Origin: an uncultured delta proteobacterium
GTDB taxonomy: Bacteria > Myxococcota > B64-G9
Assembly (NCBI GenBank): GCA_963754925.1
Contig: CAVWHX010000009.1
Span: forward strand, 64,001 to 128,000
Length of the DNA: 64,000 bases
Reading direction: 5' to 3'
Shown: positions 21,300 through 31,797 of the stretch, piece after piece
How the letters are laid out: each line of letters starts with the position of its first letter
How positions within the stretch are numbered: position 1 is the first letter of the stretch
Position numbers and translations under genes: made by a program
The notes under the pieces: generated by a model
What the model was told of the DNA's origin: nothing
Database searches by the model: none
Seen by the model: the letters and a program-made list of their open reading frames with translations, nothing else

Positions 21300-21367
21300 T
21301 TTCTAAACAGCGCCTTCTCACATCTAGCTTCATGTTAACTCTATACGCATTACTGAGTCAATCTTAC

Positions 21368-22288
21368 CTATCGCACGAGGACCAAGACGACCTTGTTTTT
21401 CCCACCCTTCTTCGCCTGGTACAGCGCCCGATCCGCTTTTTCGATAAGCTTCCGAGGCGAAGTTATGGTGCGATCGCAGACGGCGACTCCCACGCTAACG
21501 GTAATCCGGTGCCCGCCACCGGTTATTCTCCCGGCTTTTGCTCTGATTCTTTCCGCGATTTCGCCCGCCTCATCGGGGTCGTTGGTGAATGGCAGAATGG
21601 CGACAAACTCCTCACCGCCAAAGCGGCAGCAGATATCCGAATCTCTCATCTGCTCTTTCATCGTTTTGGCTACTTTGATCAGTACCCGGTCTCCCTCTTG
21701 ATGGCCGTACCGATCGTTAACCGACTTGAAGTTATCGATGTCCAACAGAATTAAGGACACGCCGACGCGGTATCGTCGCTGGCGTCTGAACTCCAGTTCC
21801 AGCAGCTCATAACAGCTCGAGTGGTTGAAAAGGCCCGTCATCCCGTCGCGCATCGAGAGGTCTGCTATCTCCGAGACATAGGCCTCGGCAATCAACGTGG
21901 GCGAACTCAACTCACTCGTGATATTCGAAAGGTAATCCAAGGTGGCGACGGTCATGCGCACGTTTCTGCCAAGTTTCTCCGACATTATGTGCTTGTGCAC
22001 CAGCACCGTATCCCAAAGGACCTCGGCGATCTTGGGAGCAAAATAGTGGTGCGTAATCGCATAAAACAGGTCCGAATAAAAGGCGCTCCCCCGACTGTTC
22101 TTCTGTGTGCAAATAAAAGCATCCTCCGCCTCTGTCAGTTGTCGGTCGCCGGCACAGGCTGATACTAAATCAACGCGCACGGCATCCGACGCGGTTGTTC
22201 CCCGCAGCCGATCCGTGTCGTTCTCATCTTGTGCCAACGTGGGCATTCTTCGGCTACTCCCACCCATCGCCAGTCCTCCGTCGGCCAT
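21368..22288 (-). CDS. Diguanylate cyclase
   Basis: DGMTGLFN, DIDNFK, RDSD I-site, GGEEF. Confidence 0.93.
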   Translation of the reverse strand: MADGGLAMGGSSRRMPTLAQDENDTDRLRGTTASDAVRVDLVSACAGDRQLTEAEDAFICTQKNSRGSAFYSDLFYAITHHYFAPKIAEVLWDTVLVHKHIMSEKLGRNVRMTVATLDYLSNITSELSSPTLIAEAYVSEIADLSMRDGMTGLFNHSSCYELLELEFRRQRRYRVGVSLILLDIDNFKSVNDRYGHQEGDRVLIKVAKTMKEQMRDSDICCRFGGEEFVAILPFTNDPDEAGEIAERIRAKAGRITGGGHRITVSVGVAVCDRTITSPRKLIEKADRALYQAKKGGKNKVVLVLVR

Positions 22289-22410
22289 TCCCCTCTCGGT
22301 TCGGCCACGACCGTTAATTACAACCTGTCCAGAATTATACTAGTATTTGAGGTTCTGGGCAAAAATAGATTAACGTATCACCTATCCAGATGATACCTTT
22401 GATCAGCTTC

Positions 22411-22677
22411 GGTAGTGTCTCATTTTACCAGAGGCTTACGGGTGTTCGGCAGGCGACCGTCTATCCCACAAGGGGACAAGAGCTTGTAAGCCTCACTTTG
22501 TTCGGCAACAAGCTCTAGCACCCAGGCTGCATTTGCATAATGAATTTTTCAATCTTGAGCGGTTAATTAGAGACTGTTAGTGAGCGAAGCGATACTTACA
22601 GTCTCTTATCCTTTAGGGTATGTTTCGGTCGCGTGTCGTTCGACGAATACCCGTAAGCCTCAAACTGAGACACTACC
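22411..22677. mobile_element. 267-bp MITE-like element, copy 1
   Basis: TIR GGTAGTGTCTCA/TGAGACACTACC; perfect 8-bp flanking repeat TCAGCTTC; second copy at 41228. Confidence 0.88.
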
Positions 22678-22704
22678 TCAGCTTCGCTGCGGTGAGGAGA
22701 TATC

Positions 22705-24333
22705 ATGGGAACAGTTCTCGTAATCAACGGCAGTATCATCGACGGCACGGGAAAACCAGGCTTTCCCGGGCATGTGCTCATCGAGGGCGGCGCAATAAAA
22801 GACCTCTTGAGTCCAGGCGCTTCTCTCCCGCTTGTGGATGAGACCATCGATGCCAAGGGTTGTGTCGTATGTCCCGGCTTCATTGACATGCACTCCCACT
22901 CGGACTGGATCCTGCCGCTGGAAGAGAACCCAGGCATTCTCAGGCATCTCATCGAGCAAGGCATCACGAGCGTGGTGGCAGGCAACTGCGGATTATCTCC
23001 CGCCCCTTTCGGGCAGAAGATTTCCTACAAACTCCTGCAGAGTAGTCTGCTTCTGGAGAGGAAATTCGATGTTACCTGGAAATCCATGGATGAATTCCTT
23101 TCGCGTCTATCCGAGACAGGGCCGGCCGTCAATGTTGCAGAGCTTTCCGGCCACATATGCATACGACTCGCCGCCGCAGACACCCTGCGGGGCGCCCTGC
23201 CCCCTGAAGAGCTCAGGAACTGTCTGGCTGTGCTCGGGCAGTCTCTTGACGAAGGGGCCTGCGGCCTGAGTTTCGGGCTCGGCTATGAACCCGGCATGTA
23301 TTCTCCCCTCGATGAGATCGAGGCATTCTGCAGGGTAGCTCGTCAAAAGAACAAACCCGTTACCGTACACCTGAAAGCCCTGAGTGTCATATCGCCTACC
23401 TACCCTTTGACAACTTTTAAGCCGCACAACCTTCTGGCGCTTAAGGAGATGATTGAGATCGCCCGAAAGACGGGGATAGACCTTCAGGTCTCCCACTTCA
23501 TCTTTGCGGGCAGAAGGAGTTTTTGGACCGCCGCAAGGGCCATAGAGATGGTGGAGCAGGCCCGCCGTGACGGCGTGAATATCATGATTGACGCCTTTCC
23601 GTTCATGTGCGGCAACACCACCATCACGGCGGTGCTCCCGCACTGGTTCCTGAAGAGGACCCCAAAGGCCTACCATAACCGCCTGCTCAGGCTTCGTCTC
23701 AGGGCAGAGCTCGAAACCGGATTTCGACTGATCGGCTTCACGTATAAGGACTTTCAGGTCATGGAGGCGGGCATTCAGGGGATGGAGGAACTCAACGGCC
23801 TCACCATCCCGGAGATCGCAAAAAAATGGCATACGAGCAACTTCGATACCGTGCTCAACCTCTGCGAGCAGAGCAAAGGGGCCACGCTCATGCTGTTCCA
23901 CGCTTACAGTGGGGAGCCGGGTCGCACCGAGGTGATTGAACGCGTGCTCTCAAACCGTCTATGCCTTTTCGAAACGGATGCCGTCATCAAAAGCAGGGGA
24001 TACCCCAACCCGTCAGCCCGAGGAGCCTTCCCCTATATCCTGGGACCCCTGGTGCGGGATCGTAAACTATTCAATCTGGAAGACGCAATCCATCGTTCAA
24101 CCTACGCAAGCGCACAGCGCTTCCATATCGCGGACCGGGGGCTTTTGCAGGCGGGCAAGGCGGCAGACCTCGTGGTCTTCGACCCGATTGGCATCTGCGA
24201 TACCCCGCCCGTCGGCCAGCAAGCCGCGGGCAAGCCAAAGGGCATCATTCATGTATTCATCAACGGACGGCAGGTGATAAAAGATGGATCGCTGACCGGG
24301 GATCAGAGGGCCGGCAAAGTATTGAGGTTGTAA
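22705..24333 (+). CDS. N-acyl-D-amino-acid deacylase family amidohydrolase
   Basis: PGFIDMHSHSD, GNCG, GLGYEPG, ADLVVFD. Confidence 0.9.
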   Translation: MGTVLVINGSIIDGTGKPGFPGHVLIEGGAIKDLLSPGASLPLVDETIDAKGCVVCPGFIDMHSHSDWILPLEENPGILRHLIEQGITSVVAGNCGLSPAPFGQKISYKLLQSSLLLERKFDVTWKSMDEFLSRLSETGPAVNVAELSGHICIRLAAADTLRGALPPEELRNCLAVLGQSLDEGACGLSFGLGYEPGMYSPLDEIEAFCRVARQKNKPVTVHLKALSVISPTYPLTTFKPHNLLALKEMIEIARKTGIDLQVSHFIFAGRRSFWTAARAIEMVEQARRDGVNIMIDAFPFMCGNTTITAVLPHWFLKRTPKAYHNRLLRLRLRAELETGFRLIGFTYKDFQVMEAGIQGMEELNGLTIPEIAKKWHTSNFDTVLNLCEQSKGATLMLFHAYSGEPGRTEVIERVLSNRLCLFETDAVIKSRGYPNPSARGAFPYILGPLVRDRKLFNLEDAIHRSTYASAQRFHIADRGLLQAGKAADLVVFDPIGICDTPPVGQQAAGKPKGIIHVFINGRQVIKDGSLTGDQRAGKVLRL

Positions 24334-24388
24334 CGCCTCATCCCCCCGATGGATGTGTTGAGAGTGCATCCTAGGAGAGTCGGCGCCG

Positions 24389-25910
24389 TTACTCGACCGA
24401 ACCGCTCGTACAGGTCGCGCCCCGCGACTGCCCAATTTGATCCGTGGCGGGACAGTCGCTGCCGGCCCCGCGCGCCGGGCTGGTCGACGCCGGGAGCATC
24501 GTCTCGGTGGGGCCCCCGTTGTTGCCCAAGGGACCGAGGAGCGGATCGGCCACCGTGATGTCCGCGGTGCAGGGGGCCGCGCCTGTCCACTGGAGGTTGC
24601 CGCCTCCCTCCCCGAGCTCGTTGTCGCAGCTCGGTCCCCACGTGCCGGTGTTGCCCGAGACGAGGGAGTTCTTCAGGACGAGCCCGGTGTGGCCGCCGAA
24701 GACGGCGCCGGCGCCGGCATTATAGTCACCGGGGTACTGACCGTCGGCGTGGTTGTTGGCGATGGTGCAGTTGAGGAGCTCGCCGGGCGGGTTGTAGCTC
24801 AGCCAAAGTCCGCCGCCGTTGCTCCCGGTGGCGACGTTTTCGGCGACGGTCACGTTGGTCATCTGGACCTGGGCCTTGCTGATCCAGAATCCCTCCGTTG
24901 TACCAGGCCCGGTTACGCGAGATGGTGCTCGCCTCCAGGTTCATGTCGAGCCCCTGGAGGTAGAGGCCGCCCGCGTCCCCTTCGCCGGCCGCGGTGACTT
25001 GGTTCGCATCGACGGTGGTCTGGTCCATCGTGAAGGTGCCGGAGTTGTCGTTTGAGACCCTAAAAAACCCGCCACCTACCGCCCCCGCCGTGTTATTGGC
25101 GATGGTCACGCCGCAGAGAGCGGTCCGCTCGTCCGCCCCGTCCATGTAGATCGCGCCGCCGCAGCCGCCGTTTCCCGGATTGCCGCCGGTGCCTGTGGCC
25201 GCGTTCTGGGTGAAGGTGCTGTTGACGACTATCAGATCGCCGTTGAGGCTGCCGATGGCGCCGCCGTTACTGGCCTCATTCCCCTGGAAGGTGCTGCCGA
25301 CGACGATCGTGTCGCCGCCGCCGAAGGCGTAGATCGCTCCGCCCGCGATGTCCTGTCCGGGCGACGGGGCCTGGTTGTCGAGGAAGACCGAATTGATGAC
25401 CGTCAGGCTGCCGCCGTTCCGATAGATAGCGCCGCCGCCCTGGGTCGTGTCATCGCCGCCCGGGGGGCTGCTGCCATCGCTGAAGGTGAGCCGCTGCACC
25501 GAAAGCCGCGGCGTGGTCTGGTCGTAGCCGGAGTCTAGGTAGAGAATGCGCGAGGTCCCGCCGCCGCTCAGGGTGACCGTGCCGCCGCCGTCGAGGACCG
25601 TCTCCTTCTTGAATATGATGGGTGAGGTCACGGTGATCGTGACCGGTGAAGCGCCGCAGTTGAAGACGATAGTTCCCCCGGCGTCCGCCGCGGTCTGGAG
25701 GAACGCCTGGGTGCAGGTCTCAGCCGTGCCGGAACCCACTACCGACGTCGGGGCCGACACGTCATAGGGGCCTACCGGCGCTTCGCAGGTAGTAGGCGGA
25801 GGGTTGCCGCTGAACTTGGTGTGGTTTCCAGATGAGCAGGAGCAGGTTACGAGGAGCACCGCAGTCAGTAAGAGGCACGAGCGCATACGACCTCCGACGT
25901 GATTAACCAT
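24389..25910 (-). CDS. Beta-helix (polymorphic membrane protein-like) lipoprotein, frameshifted near 24888
   Basis: Repeated GGAI/FxxN motifs; C-terminal LGPLGNNGGPTET..DQ.G..R (choice-of-anchor Q-like). Confidence 0.8.
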
Positions 25911-25999
25911 ATGCTCCTATTTTAGCACCTTAATCAGACTCGATCATCAGTGAAATTCTAACGTTTCCCGATGACACCGGTCGAGAGGCGATTTGCTAT

Positions 26000-26036
26000 C
26001 CTTGAAATTCCTCCTTGACATGGGGGAATTTCAAGG
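26000..26036. promoter_or_regulatory. 12-bp inverted repeat enclosing TTGACA
   Basis: CCTTGAAATTCC ... GGAATTTCAAGG upstream of the ATPase remnant. Confidence 0.55.
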
Positions 26037-26054
26037 TTTGTTCCGTTCGATTCG

Positions 26055-26615
26055 ATCAATTACTTTGACCTCGAAGACCCTTCAAATCTGGCCCGTCTTG
26101 ATGAACCCATGACCGCCTTGCAGAACCTTAAAGGGCTGGTGGTGATTGATGAGATCCAGCGACGCCCGGAGCTTTTCCCTATTCTGAGAGTCCTGGCGGA
26201 TCGCGTTCCGCTGCCCGCGCGTTTTCTCATTTTAGGGAGCGCATCGCCGGCATTACTGCGTCAATCATCCGAATCGCTGGCGGGACGGCAAGAAACCATC
26301 TGCATCGGCGGCTTGATGCTCAACGATGTTGGGATACGACATCACGATCGACATTGGCTGCGCGGAGGGTTGCCGCTCTCTGGGGCAACCCATGCCGGCG
26401 CCGAACTGGATATATTGCTTATAAAGGGACGTCGTCGTATCGGGGTAGAAATCAAGCGGGCGGACGCGCCGGGCTTGACGCCCTCCATGAAGGTGGCGAT
26501 GAGCGACCTAAGTTTACAAAAACTGTTTGTCATATATCCCGGTACAAAACGTTATTCACTTGCCCGGGATATTGAAGTTCTTCCGATGGCTCAGTTGTTG
26601 GATGCTTTGAAATGA
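26055..26615 (+). pseudogene. AAA_14/DUF4143-type ATPase remnant
   Basis: Walker B VVIDEIQ and LILGS present, Walker A absent; RGGLPLS joined directly to ATHAGAELD. Confidence 0.78.
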
Positions 26616-26826
26616 TGAAGACTGCTTAAGCCATACCCACCCAAATTCGCATCTAGAGTTCTTTTGAAACCGGATCTCCTTCCAAACATCATGATAGGCA
26701 AAAAGAAAGGAACAAAACTTGGCAGGAGTTTATGCAGAGCTTATTATTAAGAAAATAGGGCGACAGAACGACACGGGGAATGAATGGGTCATCGCACGTC
26801 TAGGATGGAGAACCAGCTACTTGTCG

Positions 26827-26863
26827 TGGAGCTATGCAGAAGCTACAGAATAAATTGTTAGCG
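26827..26863 (+). other. attI-like site 1
   Basis: Ends in core GTTAGCG, the complement of CGCTAAC closing cassette 1; 31/35 identical to 36606-36640. Confidence 0.7.
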
Positions 26864-26874
26864 TGTGATAAATT

Positions 26875-27651
26875 ATGTCTTTTGACCAGCTTAAGCATGT
26901 ATCTAGAATTTGCCATGGTGAAGGCAGCCATTTTTTGTTTGTTGAGGAATGGGATATCAAGAGGCAGTATTTGGCTGTGTACAACCAAGATATACCTAAA
27001 CTCGTTGATAAGTATAAATCGTCAAAAGAAGAGCCATATGAACTTGATCCAAAAATTACACTGGTTGACCAAGCGCCAAGGCTGCGCCTTTCTAGCTCAT
27101 GCGAAGCAGCAGCTAATTTCTTATATTCAATGGCAGAGATAGCAGCTCAGTTTGGAAATAAAGTATCGAAAGGAGATCTTCCTTCATCTTTTAATAAATT
27201 AAGAAAAAATTATGAAGATGGCGCTTTCCGAGAGCTAGGCTTAGTTGAATGGGTGGATGATTTTCAATGGTATAAAAAGGTCAGAGAATTAAGAACCGAA
27301 TGGGCTCACTTTTCAACCATATTTATAGGTAGGGATGATCGTGGAGAACCAATATTGGTTGTAAGGTCGCACAGGCGCCATTCTGATAGAGAAGAGTTCA
27401 AAGGTAAAATAGAAATAAACATTGGTGATTTAGTTGGCTGGATAAATAAAGCTATTCATACAATTGATAGCTTTGGCAATTTTCTTCTAGTGAAATATAT
27501 CGTGCCATCGCTTGATTTAAATAGAGAGTTTATTTCCCCTGTTTATGACAAGAATGGGTTTCCAATTATTAAACTAGATAATAGGTTTGAAGTGGAGACC
27601 ATTACAGTTGAAGAACATTTGCGAAGATGCGGTATTACAATTCCACGCTAA
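26875..27651 (+). CDS. Cassette 1: putative HEPN-domain protein
   Basis: AT-rich; Rx4H motif RTEWAH; stop codon inside the attC R'' site. Confidence 0.6.
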   Translation: MSFDQLKHVSRICHGEGSHFLFVEEWDIKRQYLAVYNQDIPKLVDKYKSSKEEPYELDPKITLVDQAPRLRLSSSCEAAANFLYSMAEIAAQFGNKVSKGDLPSSFNKLRKNYEDGAFRELGLVEWVDDFQWYKKVRELRTEWAHFSTIFIGRDDRGEPILVVRSHRRHSDREEFKGKIEINIGDLVGWINKAIHTIDSFGNFLLVKYIVPSLDLNREFISPVYDKNGFPIIKLDNRFEVETITVEEHLRRCGITIPR

Positions 27652-27721
27652 CAAGGTTATCAGCTACGCGCCTTCGGAGCCGAACGCAAGCAAGCGTGCG
27701 CCGGTTATAACGGCGTTAGGT
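27646..27721 (+). other. attC site 1
   Basis: R'' CGCTAAC, imperfect palindrome, R' GTTAGGT. Confidence 0.85.
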
Positions 27722-27759
27722 GGACCAAGGCAAACATCAAAGAAACCGAAGGAGGAAAT

Positions 27760-28951
27760 ATGCTTTTTAAAAAGCGGTATACAAAGAATGTGGCCAGAAT
27801 TTATCAGTCTAATGATACTGATGAACAATTTGGCTTAATTGCAATCAATGGGGACATGAAGGAAAAACTGATATCCAAATTCAAGGAAAATTATCAAATT
27901 CAAGGCAATCATATTAAAAATGGTGGTAAAACATCGGAACTTTGTATTCCTACCTTACTAGCGGGAGGTACTGGAGCACTAAGTATGGCAGCAGCTACAT
28001 CTGGTACATTATTCATGGCAACGGCAAATCCCGCCACTTTGATGGCTATTGGAAATGGAGTGGGTAGTGCTGTTATGGGTGCTGGGGGCATTCTTGCGCA
28101 AGCTCCATTTATATCTGTAGCCGGTGCGTTAATGCCTGTTGCTGCTCCATTACTTGCTTTTCAAGCTTTATCAACAATAATGATTCTTCAACAGTTTAAT
28201 CTGCTTTAATGAAAAGTTGGTCAGTATCGAAAAAACTATCAACCGTGTTTTGCAAAGAAATGAAGCTGCATATATTGGTGAAGCCATTTCGGCATGTTCA
28301 CGTCTCGACGGCTTAGAAAAAGAGTTTTCTGTAGCAAACAAATTTACTCAAGATATGATTATTCGATTAGCCCTAATTGAAGACAAGGTTAATCCAATAT
28401 TTGAAAGATATAAATATTTGTATGAAGCACAAGATATTAATAAAAGATTGTCAGCCGAGGATTTGGGATTTAAACAAACCGATGCATACATTTTAATTGT
28501 TTTATCAATGCTTGATCTAAGAAATGATATTCTACGAGTTAAGCTTACAATTCAAGAAAATCCTGGTGTTATAAAACAATCTGCAGAGAACTTGATTGGA
28601 AAAGTAGAGCGTTACCGAAAACTATGGATGGATATTGAAGAAAGCCCCAAAAGAGTCGCGGAAGTTTCACAATCTATTAGAGATGCTGTTTCAGATATGA
28701 GATTTTGGAAAAAAAATATGCCTGGTTGGTTAGGCGGAAATCGTAAAGGCCGAAAAGAAATGCAAAAGCAAGCATCAGCTTTATCTACAAATAATTCCGT
28801 TGAAAAGGTGTCTAGTATAGTTGATAGTGCGAAATCTGCCATTGAAGTTGGAAATTCACTATTGTCAAATGCAAAACCGGTTACATTACTTTATTGGGAA
28901 GATGATAATGGTAAACACTCATATTATACAGATGATGTTTTAATTCAATAA
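27760..28951 (+). CDS. Cassette 2: hypothetical protein with Gly/Ala-rich hydrophobic segment and helical C-terminus, frameshifted near 28206
   Basis: Removing one T from CTTTAAT joins the 149-aa and 244-aa ORFs. Confidence 0.7.
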
Positions 28952-28954
28952 TTC

Positions 28955-29019
28955 ACCTAACAACGAGTTCAAACTGATTTGCAGGACAAGCCTGCAAACA
29001 GGTTAACTCAATGCTGGCC
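28955..29019 (+). other. attC site 2 (R' reads GCTGGCC)
   Basis: R'' ACCTAAC complements upstream GTTAGGT; GAGTTCAA/TTAACTC with an unpaired base; TTTGCAGG/CCTGCAAA stem. Confidence 0.85.
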
Positions 29020-29042
29020 AACCAAAATTCATAGGTTCGACC

Positions 29043-29972
29043 ATGCCCAAACAACTATCTCCAGCAGCAGTGATGGCCTTAAAGGAAGCGCTCTGTTCGG
29101 TCTACTGGTACAAGTCTGACCTTCGAAGCTTCCTGGAACTGTGCCTGGCAGATCCATCGATACTCTCGCGATTTGATTGGAGTAACTACAAGCGGCAAAT
29201 CGTGTCGGACTTGATAGACGTTTTGGTTAAAAGCCCAGAAAAGCACATCGGTGACATAACGAAGATTTGCTATGAGCTTTGCAAAATCACAGACTACAAC
29301 CACCTAAAGCAATTAGATGACGGAGATACAAAGGCAGAGCGAGCTCGCGCTGCTGTAAACCAGCTAAAGCAGCTGGTAGAACCCCACCAAGATTTCGAGA
29401 AGGAGCAAGAAGAGATTAGAAAGCGGCAGGAGATCGCCGCGAAGAAATTGAAAGAGAATCTGGCAGTTAGAAATAAGCTCGAAGAAATCAGGACTCGCTA
29501 TCTTGGTCTTTTCGAGGCTGCTAACCCACAAAGCCGTGGTTACGAGCTTGAGAAAATCATGTACGATCTATTCGAGCTGTTTGATTTAGATCCCAAGGCG
29601 TCATTCAAGAACACTGGCGAACAGATTGATGGAGCCTTCAAGCTTGAAGGAACAGAGTACTTATTCGAAGCAAAGTGGCAGAAAGAGATGGTTGATAAAG
29701 CCGACCTGTCAATATTCTCTGACAAGGTTCGAACAAAACTAGAAAACACGTTGGGGGTGTTCCTTTCGATCAATGGCTACTCGCAAGAAGGCGTTACAGC
29801 TCATCAAGCTGGAGGATCAGCCATCATACTGATGGATGGAGGCGATTTGATGGCCGTCTTTGATGAGCGGATTGATTTCGTGAGCTTACTGCTGCGTAAA
29901 AAGCGGCATGCCGCTCAAACAGGTAATATCTATCTCACTTATTTTCAAATTGCTGGATCTGAGAATGGCTAA
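29043..29972 (+). CDS. Cassette 3: restriction-endonuclease-like PD-(D/E)XK protein
   Basis: RGYELE, EQIDG, FEAKW. Confidence 0.85.
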   Translation: MPKQLSPAAVMALKEALCSVYWYKSDLRSFLELCLADPSILSRFDWSNYKRQIVSDLIDVLVKSPEKHIGDITKICYELCKITDYNHLKQLDDGDTKAERARAAVNQLKQLVEPHQDFEKEQEEIRKRQEIAAKKLKENLAVRNKLEEIRTRYLGLFEAANPQSRGYELEKIMYDLFELFDLDPKASFKNTGEQIDGAFKLEGTEYLFEAKWQKEMVDKADLSIFSDKVRTKLENTLGVFLSINGYSQEGVTAHQAGGSAIILMDGGDLMAVFDERIDFVSLLLRKKRHAAQTGNIYLTYFQIAGSENG

Positions 29973-30062
29973 CCAGTCGCTCAACCGGACACTGCCTCTG
30001 CGAGACACAGTCCGATCCTTTCGCGACGCAATGGGGTCGCCGGTTAGCTTCCATCGATAGGC
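29967..30062 (+). other. attC site 3 (R' reads GATAGGC)
   Basis: R'' GGCTAAC; GCTCAACCGG/CCGGTTAGC. Confidence 0.8.
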
Positions 30063-30151
30063 GGAACGCATAGTAAGGAGTCAACGATGCGAGGTAGTTT
30101 GCATATCACTGAAATCTCGTTTAGACTCTCTTGGTCAATTTGAGGACAAGT

Positions 30152-30766
30152 ATGAACGACGCGCAAATCCGACATGCCTTTCACCGAAGGCTTCTCCGAA
30201 GACACCATGCCCAGACGGCGACTCGCGTAATTGACGAATTTGGTCTCCAACATGGCAGATCGCGAGCAGATATCGTTGTTATAAATGAGACTCTCTCAGG
30301 TTACGAAATAAAGAGCGATCAAGACTCTCTGGAAAGATTGAGGTCACAGATCGAAAGCTATAATGCCGTATTCGACCGAGTTTATATCATTGTTGCGACT
30401 CGTCACCTCCTTCGCGCGGTTGCACTAATCCCTCCATGGTGGGGCGTCATATCCGTCACTAAAGGCCCGCGAGGGGGTACTCGATTCGAACGCGTGCGTC
30501 CCTCCAAACCCAACGTCAGCGTCAACGATTACGCAGTTGCCCAGCTCTTATGGCGGGATGAAGCAATTGAATTGCTAAGTAGCTTTGGCGCAAGAGGCAC
30601 CCGACTCAGGGAGCCCAGATCCAGTCTCTACAGGTATCTTGTCGAGATGCTCGATTCCCACGACCTGCGTCGAGCCGTTAGAACCTATCTCAAACAACGC
30701 CCAGCGCGACCACATCTTGCGCCACCATCTCCAAATGGTGGTTCGTCCCAACCCATCGCCACGTAG
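30152..30766 (+). CDS. sce7726-like PD-(D/E)XK protein
   Basis: RADIVV, GYEIKSDQDSLERL, YNAVFD, PPWWG. Confidence 0.8.
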   Translation: MNDAQIRHAFHRRLLRRHHAQTATRVIDEFGLQHGRSRADIVVINETLSGYEIKSDQDSLERLRSQIESYNAVFDRVYIIVATRHLLRAVALIPPWWGVISVTKGPRGGTRFERVRPSKPNVSVNDYAVAQLLWRDEAIELLSSFGARGTRLREPRSSLYRYLVEMLDSHDLRRAVRTYLKQRPARPHLAPPSPNGGSSQPIAT

Positions 30767-31786
30767 TCAGATTGCCGGTCGAAGCTTGACCTTGCGAGCA
30801 TTTATAGATGTACTCGTCTCCTTTTGAAAACTTCCACCCGCGGTAGTACTTTTTTGCTCCTACAACCATGCTACACAAATCGCGGTATTGGTCGAACCCA
30901 TTATCACGGACGTTCTTTCCCTTTACTAAAAGCCACCCGTCATCAACTGTATACCTTATGCTTGCAGATGGTTTCACTATTCTCATATCTATAGTGGGAA
31001 CTTCGGGGTGGTTAATCGCATAGTCACCAAAACATGGGACCCGAACACCTAACTGTGCTAGCCGACTCGCAAGCATCTTGTACATACTCCACTCACTTCT
31101 AGGAATAATTGAAGCCCCAAGTCCAACAATTGCCATCGTGGATGGAAACGATGTCCCGATCAACACCAACCTTCGCCAACGATCCAAGTTAGGAAAAACC
31201 CTAATAATCTCCTCCAGGATATTAACAAACCCGTCCATCGGATCAAAATTCGGTGCTTCTAAGTCAAGGATTAGATCACAATCCTCTGGTTTCAGGCCGT
31301 AGCCCTCAATCAGATCCTTTACCAAGCCTAAAAAGCCTTTATTTGCCGTCTCATCGATACGTAACCTAAGAGCCAATCCACGCCCGTCCGCCCCAACAAT
31401 CCTCCTAATAGACATCTGCATCCCTGGCGGTTCTACTAGCCTAACAACCGGGATAGCAAGTGCCTTTTTAGCTTTAAGTCATCAAATACGAATGTCAGCG
31501 CATCCTCGCCTTTGAGCATACGATTCGATGCTCCCACGAGCCGCAAGTCAACAAGGCACTCATCTCTTCCCCACTTCTCACTGACTCGTTGGGCAAATGG
31601 GCTAAGATGCTCATCGATTGTTTTAGATTGCTTCTGTTTCTCAAAATCGAAACCGATTTCAGCAACCTCGATCAGAGGCAGTATGCTTTGCCGCGCACCA
31701 GCTGAAAGGTGTTTCAGGGCTTGATATTCGCCCTGTTTCCAGCGAAGGCAAGGAACGTATGGCATCCTATTAACTTCCACCGACAA
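30690..31786 (-). CDS. Beta-family protein (T4 beta-like), frameshifted in an A run near 31467
   Basis: YVPCLRWKQGEY, GTSFP, FGDYAI, SIRYT, WRWVGTNHH. Confidence 0.82.
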
Positions 31787-31797
31787 CCTCCTTACTC

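Noticed and set aside
22431..22661. Retron msr-msd ncRNA (terminal inverted repeats plus a long hairpin)
   Set aside because: No reverse transcriptase next to either copy; TIRs and 8-bp duplications fit transposition better. Use in trans is not excluded.
31439..31445. GCCTAAC as R'' of a fourth cassette
   Set aside because: Lies inside the frame-repaired beta-family gene and has no palindromic partner or R'.
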